A DNA stretch of 64,000 nucleotides from a virus (taxonomy: Duplodnaviria; Caudoviricetes): IMG/VR virus record IMGVR_UViG_3300021185_003947. One strand, given 5' to 3'. The notes under the pieces are model-generated. The model did not search any database, was not told the DNA's origin, and was given only the letters and a program-made list of their open reading frames with translations. Positions 27,605 to 35,866 of the stretch are shown one piece after another (the first letter of the stretch is position 1; the number at the start of each line of letters is the position of its first letter). The translations under genes were made by a program, and so were the position numbers.

Positions 27605-27933
27605 TTACTTATCTCCCCTAATGGAATTACATCTTTTGAATCGATATAATCGTCCAGTGTGTATTTTCTTACATTAACTTCTTTTATCATTATTCCATCA
27701 CGCATTCTATACGTAATAAATTCTTGTCTAATTACTCCTTCTGTTGATGCTTCAAATGCAGATTTAAATGGGCCAGATATATCCATTTCATCTGAAATTT
27801 CAAAAGTATAATCAACCATATCACTAGAACTATCTACTATATAGCTTTGTTCATGTTTATTATGTTCACCATGTCCCCAACCAGAATAGTATTTTGGTGG
27901 AACAATATCATTTGGTCCAATTGACTTAGTCAT
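27601..27933 (-). CDS. Hypothetical protein
   Basis: ATGA overlap. Confidence 0.55.
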   Translation of the reverse strand: MTKSIGPNDIVPPKYYSGWGHGEHNKHEQSYIVDSSSDMVDYTFEISDEMDISGPFKSAFEASTEGVIRQEFITYRMRDGIMIKEVNVRKYTLDDYIDSKDVIPLGEISK

Positions 27934-28184
27934 GCTTTTATATCTACCCTTTTTGCTTCAACTTGTGGAATATGTGTTTTTCTACCATCAGCGCCATAAG
28001 TCCCATTATGTCCTTCATAAGATTGTGCTAAAGCTTTTTGTGGAGCCTTTATTGATTGTTCTGTTCTTCGTCGAATATTTTCAACAATATTCATTTGTTG
28101 TTCTTTTGCGGCTTGTGTCTTTACTATTAACTCAAGAGGTTGAGTAGCATAATGGTGTGAAAAACCTGGTCCTTTTACTTCCAT
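27930..28184 (-). CDS. Hypothetical protein
   Basis: AGGAGG RBS. Confidence 0.6.
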   Translation of the reverse strand: MEVKGPGFSHHYATQPLELIVKTQAAKEQQMNIVENIRRRTEQSIKAPQKALAQSYEGHNGTYGADGRKTHIPQVEAKRVDIKA

Positions 28185-28202
28185 TTATAATCCTCCTTAT
28201 TA

Positions 28203-28288
28203 TGGTGCTCTCACCCGGACTTGAACCGGGACGGCCTATGGCCAACAGATTTTAAGTCTGGCGTGTCTACCTATTCCACCATGAGAGC
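28203..28288 (-). tRNA. tRNA-Leu(UAA)
   Basis: GCTCTCA...TGAGAGC-A-CCA, loop CT-TAA-AA, long variable arm. Confidence 0.95.
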
Positions 28289-28308
28289 GTTATTGGTATT
28301 ATTAATAT

Positions 28309-28384
28309 TGGTGCGAAAGGTAGGATTTGAACCTACGATCAACCCGTTATGAGCGGGGGGCTTTAACCACTAAGCTACTTTCGC
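28309..28384 (-). tRNA. tRNA-Ile2/Met(CAU), probably Ile2
   Basis: GCGAAAG...CTTTCGC-A-CCA; anticodon arm CCGCTCATAACGG resembles bacterial Ile2. Confidence 0.9.
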
Positions 28385-28552
28385 GAATTCTTCTACTACT
28401 TTAGCATTTAATAGATTAGCAACTTCAAGTGCTTTATTTTTGTTATCAAATGTTAAATCGACTACAGTAGGTGTTTTATATATCATATATCCTAATTTAC
28501 CAGTCATTACAACTTGTTGAACTATTTTATTATTTCTCATTAATTTATACAA
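28370..28552 (-). CDS. Small hypothetical protein
   Basis: ORF track; stop overlaps tRNA 5' end. Confidence 0.4.
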   Translation of the reverse strand: MYKLMRNNKIVQQVVMTGKLGYMIYKTPTVVDLTFDNKNKALEVANLLNAKVVEEFAKVA

Positions 28553-28575
28553 CTCGTTAATCCCTATATTAATAA

Positions 28576-28740
28576 ATCAAAGGGGAGACCTTCTGCAGTG
28601 CCTCCCCTTCTATCTGCATTTTACGTATGCAGCAACCGGCTGAGTTTCGCGGTATCAGCGCTTGTACCGACCTATAGATCGGGGCCTCCAAAATCTATAG
28701 GGTTTCACTAACTAATCCCCTCATTGTTCATAGTTAGTGT
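28576..28740 (-). ncRNA. Candidate structured non-coding RNA (five hairpins)
   Basis: Stems CACTAACTA/TAGTTAGTG, CCTATAGAT/ATCTATAGG, CGGTA/TACCG, TGCAT/ATGCA, AAGGGGAG/CTCCCCTT; GC-richer than flanks; directly after tRNA-Arg. Confidence 0.6.
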
Positions 28741-28741
28741 C

Positions 28742-28818
28742 TGGCGGACCCTAGAGGATTCGAACCTCTGACCTAGTGCTTAGAAGGCACTTGCTCTATC
28801 CAGCTGAGCTAAGGGACC
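28742..28818 (-). tRNA. tRNA-Arg(UCU)
   Basis: GGTCCCT...AGGGTCC-G-CCA, loop CT-TCT-AA. Confidence 0.93.
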
Positions 28819-28828
28819 AATACTTATA

Positions 28829-29137
28829 TTATATTGCGAAACTTTCTCCACATCCACATTGAGCTGTTGCTTGTGGATTTTTTACAACTAAATAGTTTCC
28901 ACCTAGTTCGGTTATATAGTCAACCGTACAACCAAATAAAAACATTTCAGCCATAGCATCAATAACTAAAGTGCTATCTATAACTGTCCCTTTTGAGTCA
29001 TCATCTACATATGTCCAATCATATTTAAACCCGCTACACCCGCCACCTTTTACTTCAAGAAGTACATAATTTTTATCAGCCAAAACTAACTGATTCGTCA
29101 TATATTCTTTTGCTTTTTCAGTAAGTGATACAATCAT
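28829..29137 (-). CDS. iscA: A-type Fe-S cluster carrier (IscA/HesB/ErpA family)
   Basis: VKGGGCSGFKY...VDYITELGG...NPQATAQCGCGESF. Confidence 0.9.
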   Translation of the reverse strand: MIVSLTEKAKEYMTNQLVLADKNYVLLEVKGGGCSGFKYDWTYVDDDSKGTVIDSTLVIDAMAEMFLFGCTVDYITELGGNYLVVKNPQATAQCGCGESFAI

Positions 29138-29433
29138 TTCTGCATATACTTCAATAGTTCTGGATTGTTAGTTTCTAGAACAACGAAATGGCCAAAATAT
29201 TTTTCAAATACTTTTACCAATTTATAGTAATCTGTACCTGCACACATTTCAGACATAATAGGCGATGCTTTCATGCCCATTGAATGAGCATATTCTTTTG
29301 CTACTTTTAATAGATAAAATGCGTTACCATTAGGACCATCAAGGTCAATAACTATCTCAGAAGCTCTTGTTGTTTTACGAATCATATTAAGGCACCGAAT
29401 ACATAAGGATTTCAAGATATTTGCACAAAGCAC
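29134..29433 (-). CDS. Hypothetical protein (start likely MIRKT)
   Basis: IDLDGPNGNAFYLL...YYKLVKVFEKYFG. Confidence 0.65.
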   Translation of the reverse strand: MLCANILKSLCIRCLNMIRKTTRASEIVIDLDGPNGNAFYLLKVAKEYAHSMGMKASPIMSEMCAGTDYYKLVKVFEKYFGHFVVLETNNPELLKYMQK

Positions 29434-29584
29434 AAAAGGCTAAGAACCATACAATACATTTAAATGTATCTGCAATGGTATCAATAAAAATTTTGATAGC
29501 TTCTATCATTTTTTGGAGTCTTTCCATGCATGTTTCATACCTAAAACATAGCCCATCACAAAAGCTGAGATTGACATTGCACAA
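29387..29584 (-). CDS. Hypothetical protein
   Basis: ORF track. Confidence 0.35.
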   Translation of the reverse strand: MCNVNLSFCDGLCFRYETCMERLQKMIEAIKIFIDTIADTFKCIVWFLAFCALCKYLEILMYSVP

Positions 29585-29615
29585 GCAATAAGTGTAATAC
29601 TAACTTGATAATCCA

Positions 29616-29900
29616 TTATACATTACCCTCTTTAGTGTGAATTAAAGTTTGTGGACCAAGAGCAATTTCAAAACCATTATATTCAGTTTCATATACACCA
29701 TTTTGTGGTTCATAACGAGGATCAACTACTTTAGCTTTAACCATTGATATAGAATGTTCACCTTGAACATTTTCAAAACCATTTATGCGTTGAAGCTCAT
29801 TAAAGATAGCTTCCCTAGGGAAGTTAGAATCTATCGCCTTAAGCTGGGGCTGAGGGGTATTTGTATCAATCATAATCATATCCTTTGTTGTTAGATACAT
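29616..29900 (-). CDS. Hypothetical protein
   Basis: First gene after an early promoter. Confidence 0.6.
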   Translation of the reverse strand: MYLTTKDMIMIDTNTPQPQLKAIDSNFPREAIFNELQRINGFENVQGEHSISMVKAKVVDPRYEPQNGVYETEYNGFEIALGPQTLIHTKEGNV

Positions 29901-29927
29901 ATTAACACATTTTAAAGCGATTGTAAA
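29899..29927 (-). promoter_or_regulatory. Early promoter
   Basis: TTTACA-17-TAATAT; upstream ggattattttcaata identical to the 20957 promoter. Confidence 0.75.
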
Positions 29928-29954
29928 GGATTATTTTCAATATTATGCATTTTT

Positions 29955-30974
29955 TTAATTTTGTTTATGAATTGTACAGTGATGCACATCAATTCTATGA
30001 TGATCTTTATCACCATTTGAGTCTATCACAGTGTGATAATGATGTGTAGTATGCGAGTATTTTAAATGTGTTCCAGGTGGAAGTACCGTTTCTGCTTCAG
30101 CAGCATGTTTGTTACCTTCTACACCACTCATATGAATACCTTTATCACTAGCTTTTGCGTCAACGTGAATCATATGTTTGGTTGTTTTACCTACATTTTC
30201 ATTATCTGTATTTTTATTTAAAGGGAAAAACTGTGTACTATCATGTCCAGAATGAACTGCAAATCCAGCGCCAGTGTGCACATCATGAGTAGTGGAAATA
30301 TGAGCTGGAGAATGAACAACGCCATCAGTATGTTTTTCAGCATGTTTGATAGCTTTTACAAATGAAGGATGAACACCAGAATAAAGATGTACCCTATGGC
30401 CAATAGGTTTAGCTGCGGTTTTAAGATGATCTGCGGCGTCTTTATCTTGACCAACAAGTGCATGTGGATGGTATTCACCCAACTTTTTATTTTCTGTCTT
30501 AAGTTTATGCTTAGTTATAAAATGTTGAGCTATATGACTAGATGCCCATTTTTTACCATCGCCAACTGTGTCAGATTTTCCAGCTGTAAAATGACGAAAA
30601 GCTTTGTGTTGCGATGGTGTCATTTTTTGTTCAAGTTTACTTGATAAAGAGCCTACTTCTTCTATGTCAGATCCGCGATGTGATGTGCTGAGTTCATGAC
30701 CAGTTTCACCAAAGATATTCTTATTCATCTGAACATCATCAATATGTGTTCTTTTTTTATTATCATGTAAGTCATCACGAGCCTCGTGATGTTTATGATC
30801 GACCCGTTTTTCTTTTTTTGCCTGCTTAAAACCGGTAGTATCAAATCCTTCAAATATACCTCTTTCAATTCTTTTTGTTCTAGGAGTTTTGTCACCTATA
30901 GCTTTGCTGAGAGTAACCACACCATTGCTCATATAAAAACCTTCATCTTTTATGAATGATCCAAATCTTTCCAT
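29955..30974 (-). CDS. His/Lys-rich ADP-ribosyltransferase-fold protein (VIP2/Alt-like)
   Basis: HLYSGV...HISTTHD...HMIHV...AAEAETVLPPGT. Confidence 0.65.
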   Translation of the reverse strand: MERFGSFIKDEGFYMSNGVVTLSKAIGDKTPRTKRIERGIFEGFDTTGFKQAKKEKRVDHKHHEARDDLHDNKKRTHIDDVQMNKNIFGETGHELSTSHRGSDIEEVGSLSSKLEQKMTPSQHKAFRHFTAGKSDTVGDGKKWASSHIAQHFITKHKLKTENKKLGEYHPHALVGQDKDAADHLKTAAKPIGHRVHLYSGVHPSFVKAIKHAEKHTDGVVHSPAHISTTHDVHTGAGFAVHSGHDSTQFFPLNKNTDNENVGKTTKHMIHVDAKASDKGIHMSGVEGNKHAAEAETVLPPGTHLKYSHTTHHYHTVIDSNGDKDHHRIDVHHCTIHKQN

Positions 30975-31840
30975 TATTTACTTTCGTTATGTGATTTAAA
31001 ATGATTGAATATATGAGTGTTGCCATCCTCATCAGTATGGCGTGTAGTTTTAAAATGTTTGTGGTGAGAACCTGGCTTTATACCAAATTCTTCTTCTTCT
31101 TTCATATTACTATGAGGTTGCATATGTAATACTTCGTCGTCAGGATGTGTATGATAGACATTATAATAATGTGTATTTGATTTATCTGATTTTTTATTTT
31201 CAGCAAAAGCTTTAGCAATAGATAATTTTGGTGTAACCGAAGCGTAGCTTACGTGCTCTATAACGCCGTCTTTAGAATCTTTAAGCGCATTATGTGTTCT
31301 CGCGCTGACACCCGCAAATAATTTCACGTGAGTACCTGCTTTTCTAAAACCTTTCATTAAATGTGAGTGTTCTTTTTCCCAATGGTCAATATTGTCTTTG
31401 TATGGAGTTTTATTACCATTTTTATCTTTTTTAGCTTGACCAAGATGCTTCCAATGATCTTTTGGAACGGGTTTACCATGTTTTACCATGTGCTTATGAA
31501 TTAAATGATTATTTAAATTATATGATCCGTTACTATAATTATTTATTGCTTCTTTTGTTTCTTTAGTAACATCACCAGTGTTTTTTGCTATTTCTTTATG
31601 TAATTTTTCGAAATGTTCGCTACCAGCATACATATCACGCCCGCCATGTCTACGTAACTCGATTTCCATCGGAGCGCCACTTTCAACGTTAGGCTTATAA
31701 GACTCTTTGATATTTTTCTTTTTAGATCTATTAATCCTATGATTACCAATAGGTTCAAGAATAACTGCTACGCCATCCTTGTTAATATAATAACCCTTGT
31801 CTTCTTTTGAATCTTTTGAATACTGTTTAAACGTCTTCAT
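30974..31840 (-). CDS. His/Lys-rich ADP-ribosyltransferase-fold protein; start MKTFKQY at 31840
   Basis: AINNYSNGSYNLNNHL...KLFAGVS...YASVTP...EEEEFGIKPGS. Confidence 0.65.
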   Translation of the reverse strand: MKTFKQYSKDSKEDKGYYINKDGVAVILEPIGNHRINRSKKKNIKESYKPNVESGAPMEIELRRHGGRDMYAGSEHFEKLHKEIAKNTGDVTKETKEAINNYSNGSYNLNNHLIHKHMVKHGKPVPKDHWKHLGQAKKDKNGNKTPYKDNIDHWEKEHSHLMKGFRKAGTHVKLFAGVSARTHNALKDSKDGVIEHVSYASVTPKLSIAKAFAENKKSDKSNTHYYNVYHTHPDDEVLHMQPHSNMKEEEEFGIKPGSHHKHFKTTRHTDEDGNTHIFNHFKSHNESK

Positions 31841-31943
31841 CGTCATCGTCATCCCTGCCATATGGATATTTAAAATGAATAGGTTCAAGAATAACTGCTA
31901 CGCCGTCGTCATCAATATAAAAGCCTTCATCTTCTTCTTCCAT
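31827..31943 (-). CDS. 38-aa acidic micro-ORF duplicating the N-terminal motif of the ART-like proteins
   Basis: Manual translation MEEEDEGFYIDDDGVAVILEPIHFKYPYGRDDDDEDV; overlaps the next start. Confidence 0.6.
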   Translation of the reverse strand: MEEEDEGFYIDDDGVAVILEPIHFKYPYGRDDDDDEDV

Positions 31944-31945
31944 GA

Positions 31946-32179
31946 TTATTTTCCTATTTTATCTAAAGTCGCATGAATATCTTTTCTGAGCTGGTCATAA
32001 CCACTAGGACCATCTAATTCAACATGAGTATTAATATGATTTTTCAACTCAGCGGCATGCTTTGGAAATCTTTTTATAATAGGTTGCAAAAACTTAGTAG
32101 GACTCTGTTTTTTATCATTTGATTCTTTTGCCCTTTTTATAGCAAGCTTATCAGCAAATTTACTAAAATATTTAGTCAT
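31946..32179 (-). CDS. Small basic late protein
   Basis: Follows late promoter at 32214-32221. Confidence 0.6.
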   Translation of the reverse strand: MTKYFSKFADKLAIKRAKESNDKKQSPTKFLQPIIKRFPKHAAELKNHINTHVELDGPSGYDQLRKDIHATLDKIGK

Positions 32180-32213
32180 ATTAAGTCTACCTTTGTATTG
32201 CGATATTTTATTC

Positions 32214-32221
32214 TATTTATA
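32214..32221 (-). promoter_or_regulatory. T4 late promoter
   Basis: TATAAATA 35 nt upstream of the 32179 start. Confidence 0.75.
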
Positions 32222-32477
32222 AGTTTATACCTTTTGTTTTTGCAGAGTCTATCAACTCTTTTATAAGTCGAAGAGACATTTCAACTTCTTCTTCTTCAAG
32301 AAGTCCAAGGCGACCACTATATGCATCAGCAATAAACATATCAGTAATCTTTTCTGGATCATATTTTGGTTGATGATAACCAGCTAAAAGAGCATGTACA
32401 CATAGTTCATCTGCGCCAGAAGACGGGACAGGGTTAGTACGTTTAAAGCTATTAAAAAAATCTTCAAAATCATCCAT
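32217..32477 (-). CDS. Hypothetical protein
   Basis: GGAGG RBS. Confidence 0.6.
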   Translation of the reverse strand: MDDFEDFFNSFKRTNPVPSSGADELCVHALLAGYHQPKYDPEKITDMFIADAYSGRLGLLEEEEVEMSLRLIKELIDSAKTKGINL

Positions 32478-32735
32478 TAATAAATTCCTCCTGGAATAAA
32501 GAAGTAATCAATAGCAATCATTACAGCCGCAAGATAGAAGCCATATAATATAACATCAAGTGTATCTAAGTTTTTCATGATTTAACCTTTTCTAAGTTTT
32601 TCATTTCGATAAGAGCATGACCTTCACGATGATACTCATTACAAAATTTAACGGCAGTAGTTTTATTTATATTAGAAGACCATGCGACGAGGGTTTTAAC
32701 GCCCTCGATCCAGTCATAGCAACGAACTTCATACA

Positions 32736-33308
32736 TTAATAATCTTCCTCTTCTTCATCCGGAAACCACATATTGTCTTCACAAGAGTTGCACATATGAC
32801 CATCAAAATGACCTAATTCGTCTCCACATTCTTCGCAAAACCGTTGTTCTTCTTCTTCGACATCAAACATGCTACAGTTATTTACTTCTGTTTCCAAACC
32901 AGGATTATTGATGATATGAAAAAGAGTTTGATCGATAGCGCTTTCAACTGCTTTTTGAAATGGATCACCATTGTAATTGCCTTCATAAAGACGACCACGT
33001 GTAAATGGATAAATTATTTTATGAGTAGTAGCATCGATACAATCGTGGTTAAGAAGAAAGTTAACAGCACCTGAGCTATTATTTCCCATGCCGTTGTTGT
33101 ACAACTCATGACCTAAGCGACTAACGCTTCTAATCATTTCGCCTGCTACAGTATCAGCTTCACCCATGGCTGGCATTAGATTAGCTAAACGATCATAGTC
33201 TGCTTGGTACTTGCCTTTGTTGGCCCAATAAGTATTTTCCATAGTATATCTCCTTTTGTTAATACCTTTATAAACTAGTTTTGACCAATTGTAAACAAAA
33301 AAATGCAC
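32736..33308 (-). CDS. Hypothetical protein with C-terminal zinc finger (start likely MENTYW)
   Basis: CEECG...CNSC; follows the promoter cassette. Confidence 0.65.
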   Translation of the reverse strand: MHFFVYNWSKLVYKGINKRRYTMENTYWANKGKYQADYDRLANLMPAMGEADTVAGEMIRSVSRLGHELYNNGMGNNSSGAVNFLLNHDCIDATTHKIIYPFTRGRLYEGNYNGDPFQKAVESAIDQTLFHIINNPGLETEVNNCSMFDVEEEEQRFCEECGDELGHFDGHMCNSCEDNMWFPDEEEEDY

Positions 33309-33359
33309 CTAAAGATGCATTTTTTCAATATTAGATAAAAGTGTGATATAAATGTTACA
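33267..33359 (-). promoter_or_regulatory. Early promoter cassette, copy 3
   Basis: GTTTACA-17-TATAAA preceded by hairpin AAATGCA...TGCATTT and the TGTGA-N8-TTACA box at 33342-33359. Confidence 0.75.
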
Positions 33360-33360
33360 G

Positions 33361-33963
33361 TTACTTTACTCCCTTTCTAACTTCAACATTAGCAGAAAGT
33401 TTGATTAGTTTAGTATCGGTTGTTCTATTATGAATAACAAATTGAGTGTCTTTAAATTCTTTGAACATATTAGTCCATATTGGTCTCCAATTTCGAGTTA
33501 ATCTTTCGGTATTCATATTATCTCTATCAGATGGCAAATATAAATCTGTGCTTGATGTAATGTCAAAAGCAAAAATAGAATCGAATCCATACATATGAAT
33601 CTCATCACATTTTAGTTTGTTAGCAGTATAGTGTGTCGCCATATGACCACAATTAAAATCTGTATAATTTGCAACATACTTTGGTAGCACTGTATAAAAT
33701 TCTTTGATCTGAGGAGCATATTTCATATAGAAATCATTTCTCATTTCCATCCATTTATTTGGTCTTGCGCCTAATACCCAGTCACCTGGAACAACAACTC
33801 CACCATTATGGATAGCCTGCATCATTTTAAAATCAACCATGACTGTTGTATATGCATTATTAACTGCCATAGGAGGAAGGTTGCACAAAATTTTCAAACC
33901 TTTTGCTGGTTTGTAAAACCCGGCACTTGGACCATTACCAATTATATGTGCTGTTTTAGTCAT
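33361..33963 (-). CDS. Glycosyltransferase, GT29/sialyltransferase-motif-like
   Basis: AHIIGNGPS...HMATHY...CDEIHMYGFDS. Confidence 0.6.
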   Translation of the reverse strand: MTKTAHIIGNGPSAGFYKPAKGLKILCNLPPMAVNNAYTTVMVDFKMMQAIHNGGVVVPGDWVLGARPNKWMEMRNDFYMKYAPQIKEFYTVLPKYVANYTDFNCGHMATHYTANKLKCDEIHMYGFDSIFAFDITSSTDLYLPSDRDNMNTERLTRNWRPIWTNMFKEFKDTQFVIHNRTTDTKLIKLSANVEVRKGVK

Positions 33964-34649
33964 ATGTTCATCAAACTCCTAATCTTATTTTTTCCTTTTT
34001 CACCAGTCCAATGTATAGCTTTTTTCTTTATATTATCTTGGCCATCTAATATTTGAATTCGTAACCAATTAAATTCATTTGGAAGGTCAGTGATATATAT
34101 CATTCTCTGTAAAGGATGTTCTCTAAGTATTAAATGAAGAGTTTCTTGATCACCGACTGTAGGATTTTGTTCAACTAACTGAGCCCATTGATGCAATATC
34201 ATTGGAGATCCTTTAAAAGCAACTATGCCAGAATTATGCCAAGTTTCACCGCGACGAGCTGACCATGGTTTATCTTCTACCATTGCTAATCTATTCTCTT
34301 CTACATAATTAAATACGCTTGACATATTTGTAAGTATTTCAAAATCAGTATCAATCCAACAAGTATATTCACATATTTTAGAAGCTTCTAACATTGACTT
34401 AGGTTTTTTGAACCAGCCCTTATCAGTAATTTTTGTCATATCAATAATATGTTTAATTGGATTAGATGAAGATTTATCTTTTATAGCTTTTAAACAATCC
34501 TTTGACACACCAAAATTAGCAAATATTAATGGTGTGTTATTGTGTTTACTGTAGTTTTCAAGAAACCATGGTAACATCCATTCAGTTATTTCATCACATC
34601 CAGTGAGAAATGCAGTTTTAAATAATGTCATATGCTTCACCATATCCAT
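33960..34649 (-). CDS. GT-A nucleotide-diphospho-sugar transferase
   Basis: GWFKKP...CWIDTD...NSGIVAF...VGDQETL. Confidence 0.7.
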   Translation of the reverse strand: MDMVKHMTLFKTAFLTGCDEITEWMLPWFLENYSKHNNTPLIFANFGVSKDCLKAIKDKSSSNPIKHIIDMTKITDKGWFKKPKSMLEASKICEYTCWIDTDFEILTNMSSVFNYVEENRLAMVEDKPWSARRGETWHNSGIVAFKGSPMILHQWAQLVEQNPTVGDQETLHLILREHPLQRMIYITDLPNEFNWLRIQILDGQDNIKKKAIHWTGEKGKNKIRSLMNI

Positions 34650-35280
34650 GTTTAGCTAAACAACCTTGCTCTTTTTGAATAGTAGTAAAATTATCCTTTG
34701 CTTCGGCTATATATGGATATAGCTCATGTAAAAAATTAAAACGGTCGTTATGTATGAATACGTCTGTAGGACTAGCATCTATTTTTGCACGATCAATAAG
34801 CGCTTTAGCTGCTTGTGGATTAATTATATAAGCATGTGCTCCAGGTAAATATTGCTTAGACATTAATTTGTTTAAACCCAATTTAGATGGTACATTGAAC
34901 TTACCATATGATGGAGCACCAATTGAAACCAGAACTGGAGCATCCCAATGTATTCTCGGCATTATTCCTAATTGACCAGTCATAATAGCATCATGTTCAA
35001 AAATAATATACGGTTCATTATTCTCTTCAGCACATTTTTCCCATAGTCTATGATGAGAAAGAAATGCTGACATGCATCTATCCGGTCTTGAATATACCTC
35101 AGTAAATCCTGCCGGCTTTATTTTCCGGTTTTTTAACATTTTAATCGGTTTATCTTTTGGAGTAGTAGCTTCAAATAATTCTACATCAATACCATAATAA
35201 GCTGCATGTTTAACACAACGTTTTGCGACCTGTAAAGATCTTTTATTATCCATTATTGTAATTACATAAGCTTTTATCAT
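34618..35280 (-). CDS. Glycosyltransferase family 25
   Basis: AFLSHHRLWEKC...IIFEHDA...GAHAYIINPQAAKAL. Confidence 0.8.
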   Translation of the reverse strand: MIKAYVITIMDNKRSLQVAKRCVKHAAYYGIDVELFEATTPKDKPIKMLKNRKIKPAGFTEVYSRPDRCMSAFLSHHRLWEKCAEENNEPYIIFEHDAIMTGQLGIMPRIHWDAPVLVSIGAPSYGKFNVPSKLGLNKLMSKQYLPGAHAYIINPQAAKALIDRAKIDASPTDVFIHNDRFNFLHELYPYIAEAKDNFTTIQKEQGCLAKHGYGEAYDII

Positions 35281-35281
35281 A

Positions 35282-35863
35282 TCATTTAATATCTTCTATT
35301 TTGTCACATAATTTTAATTCTTTAGCTTCTTCTGCACTTAACCATACATCCTGTGGTGGTAGTAAAAAGTCTCTAATTTTCTTTTCATTTAATCCAGTAC
35401 ATTTTCTATAATGATTAATCATTCTTTCAGTTGTAAGTTCCATTTCTTTAACTCTGGCAAATAGCTCATGTTCTTTACCTATACTACCCCAAGAATATTG
35501 ATGTGATAAAATTGCGGTGTTGGGCGTAAGAGTTCTACTTCCTTTTTTACCTGATATAAAAAGAAGCAGGCCACATGAAGCAATCATTCCAAGGCCAATC
35601 GTTTTTACTGGAATAGTCGAAGCTCTCATAACATCAACTAAAGCAAAGCAAGCATTTAAATCTCCTCCTCTTGAACAAATGCCAAAAGTTAATTCTTTTG
35701 CTCTATCTGTTCTTTTCATATTTTCTGATAATATCCAATCAATAATTGGACTCATAGTATCCATGGTAACATCACCCATGAAAACCATCATATTATGAGA
35801 CAAAAGTTGTACTTTAGGCGGTAACGCAGCAACTACAGCTGCTTGAGAATTTTCTGCATTCAT
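35282..35863 (-). CDS. clpP: ClpP-family protease subunit
   Basis: ICSRGG...GMIASCG (Ser), ILSHQ (His), QDVWLSAEEAKELKLCD. Confidence 0.88.
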   Translation of the reverse strand: MNAENSQAAVVAALPPKVQLLSHNMMVFMGDVTMDTMSPIIDWILSENMKRTDRAKELTFGICSRGGDLNACFALVDVMRASTIPVKTIGLGMIASCGLLLFISGKKGSRTLTPNTAILSHQYSWGSIGKEHELFARVKEMELTTERMINHYRKCTGLNEKKIRDFLLPPQDVWLSAEEAKELKLCDKIEDIK

Positions 35864-35866
35864 ATA

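Noticed and set aside
28640-28670. Hammerhead ribozyme core (CUGAUA...CGAAAC)
   Set aside because: It does not match the required CUGANGA core or three-stem geometry
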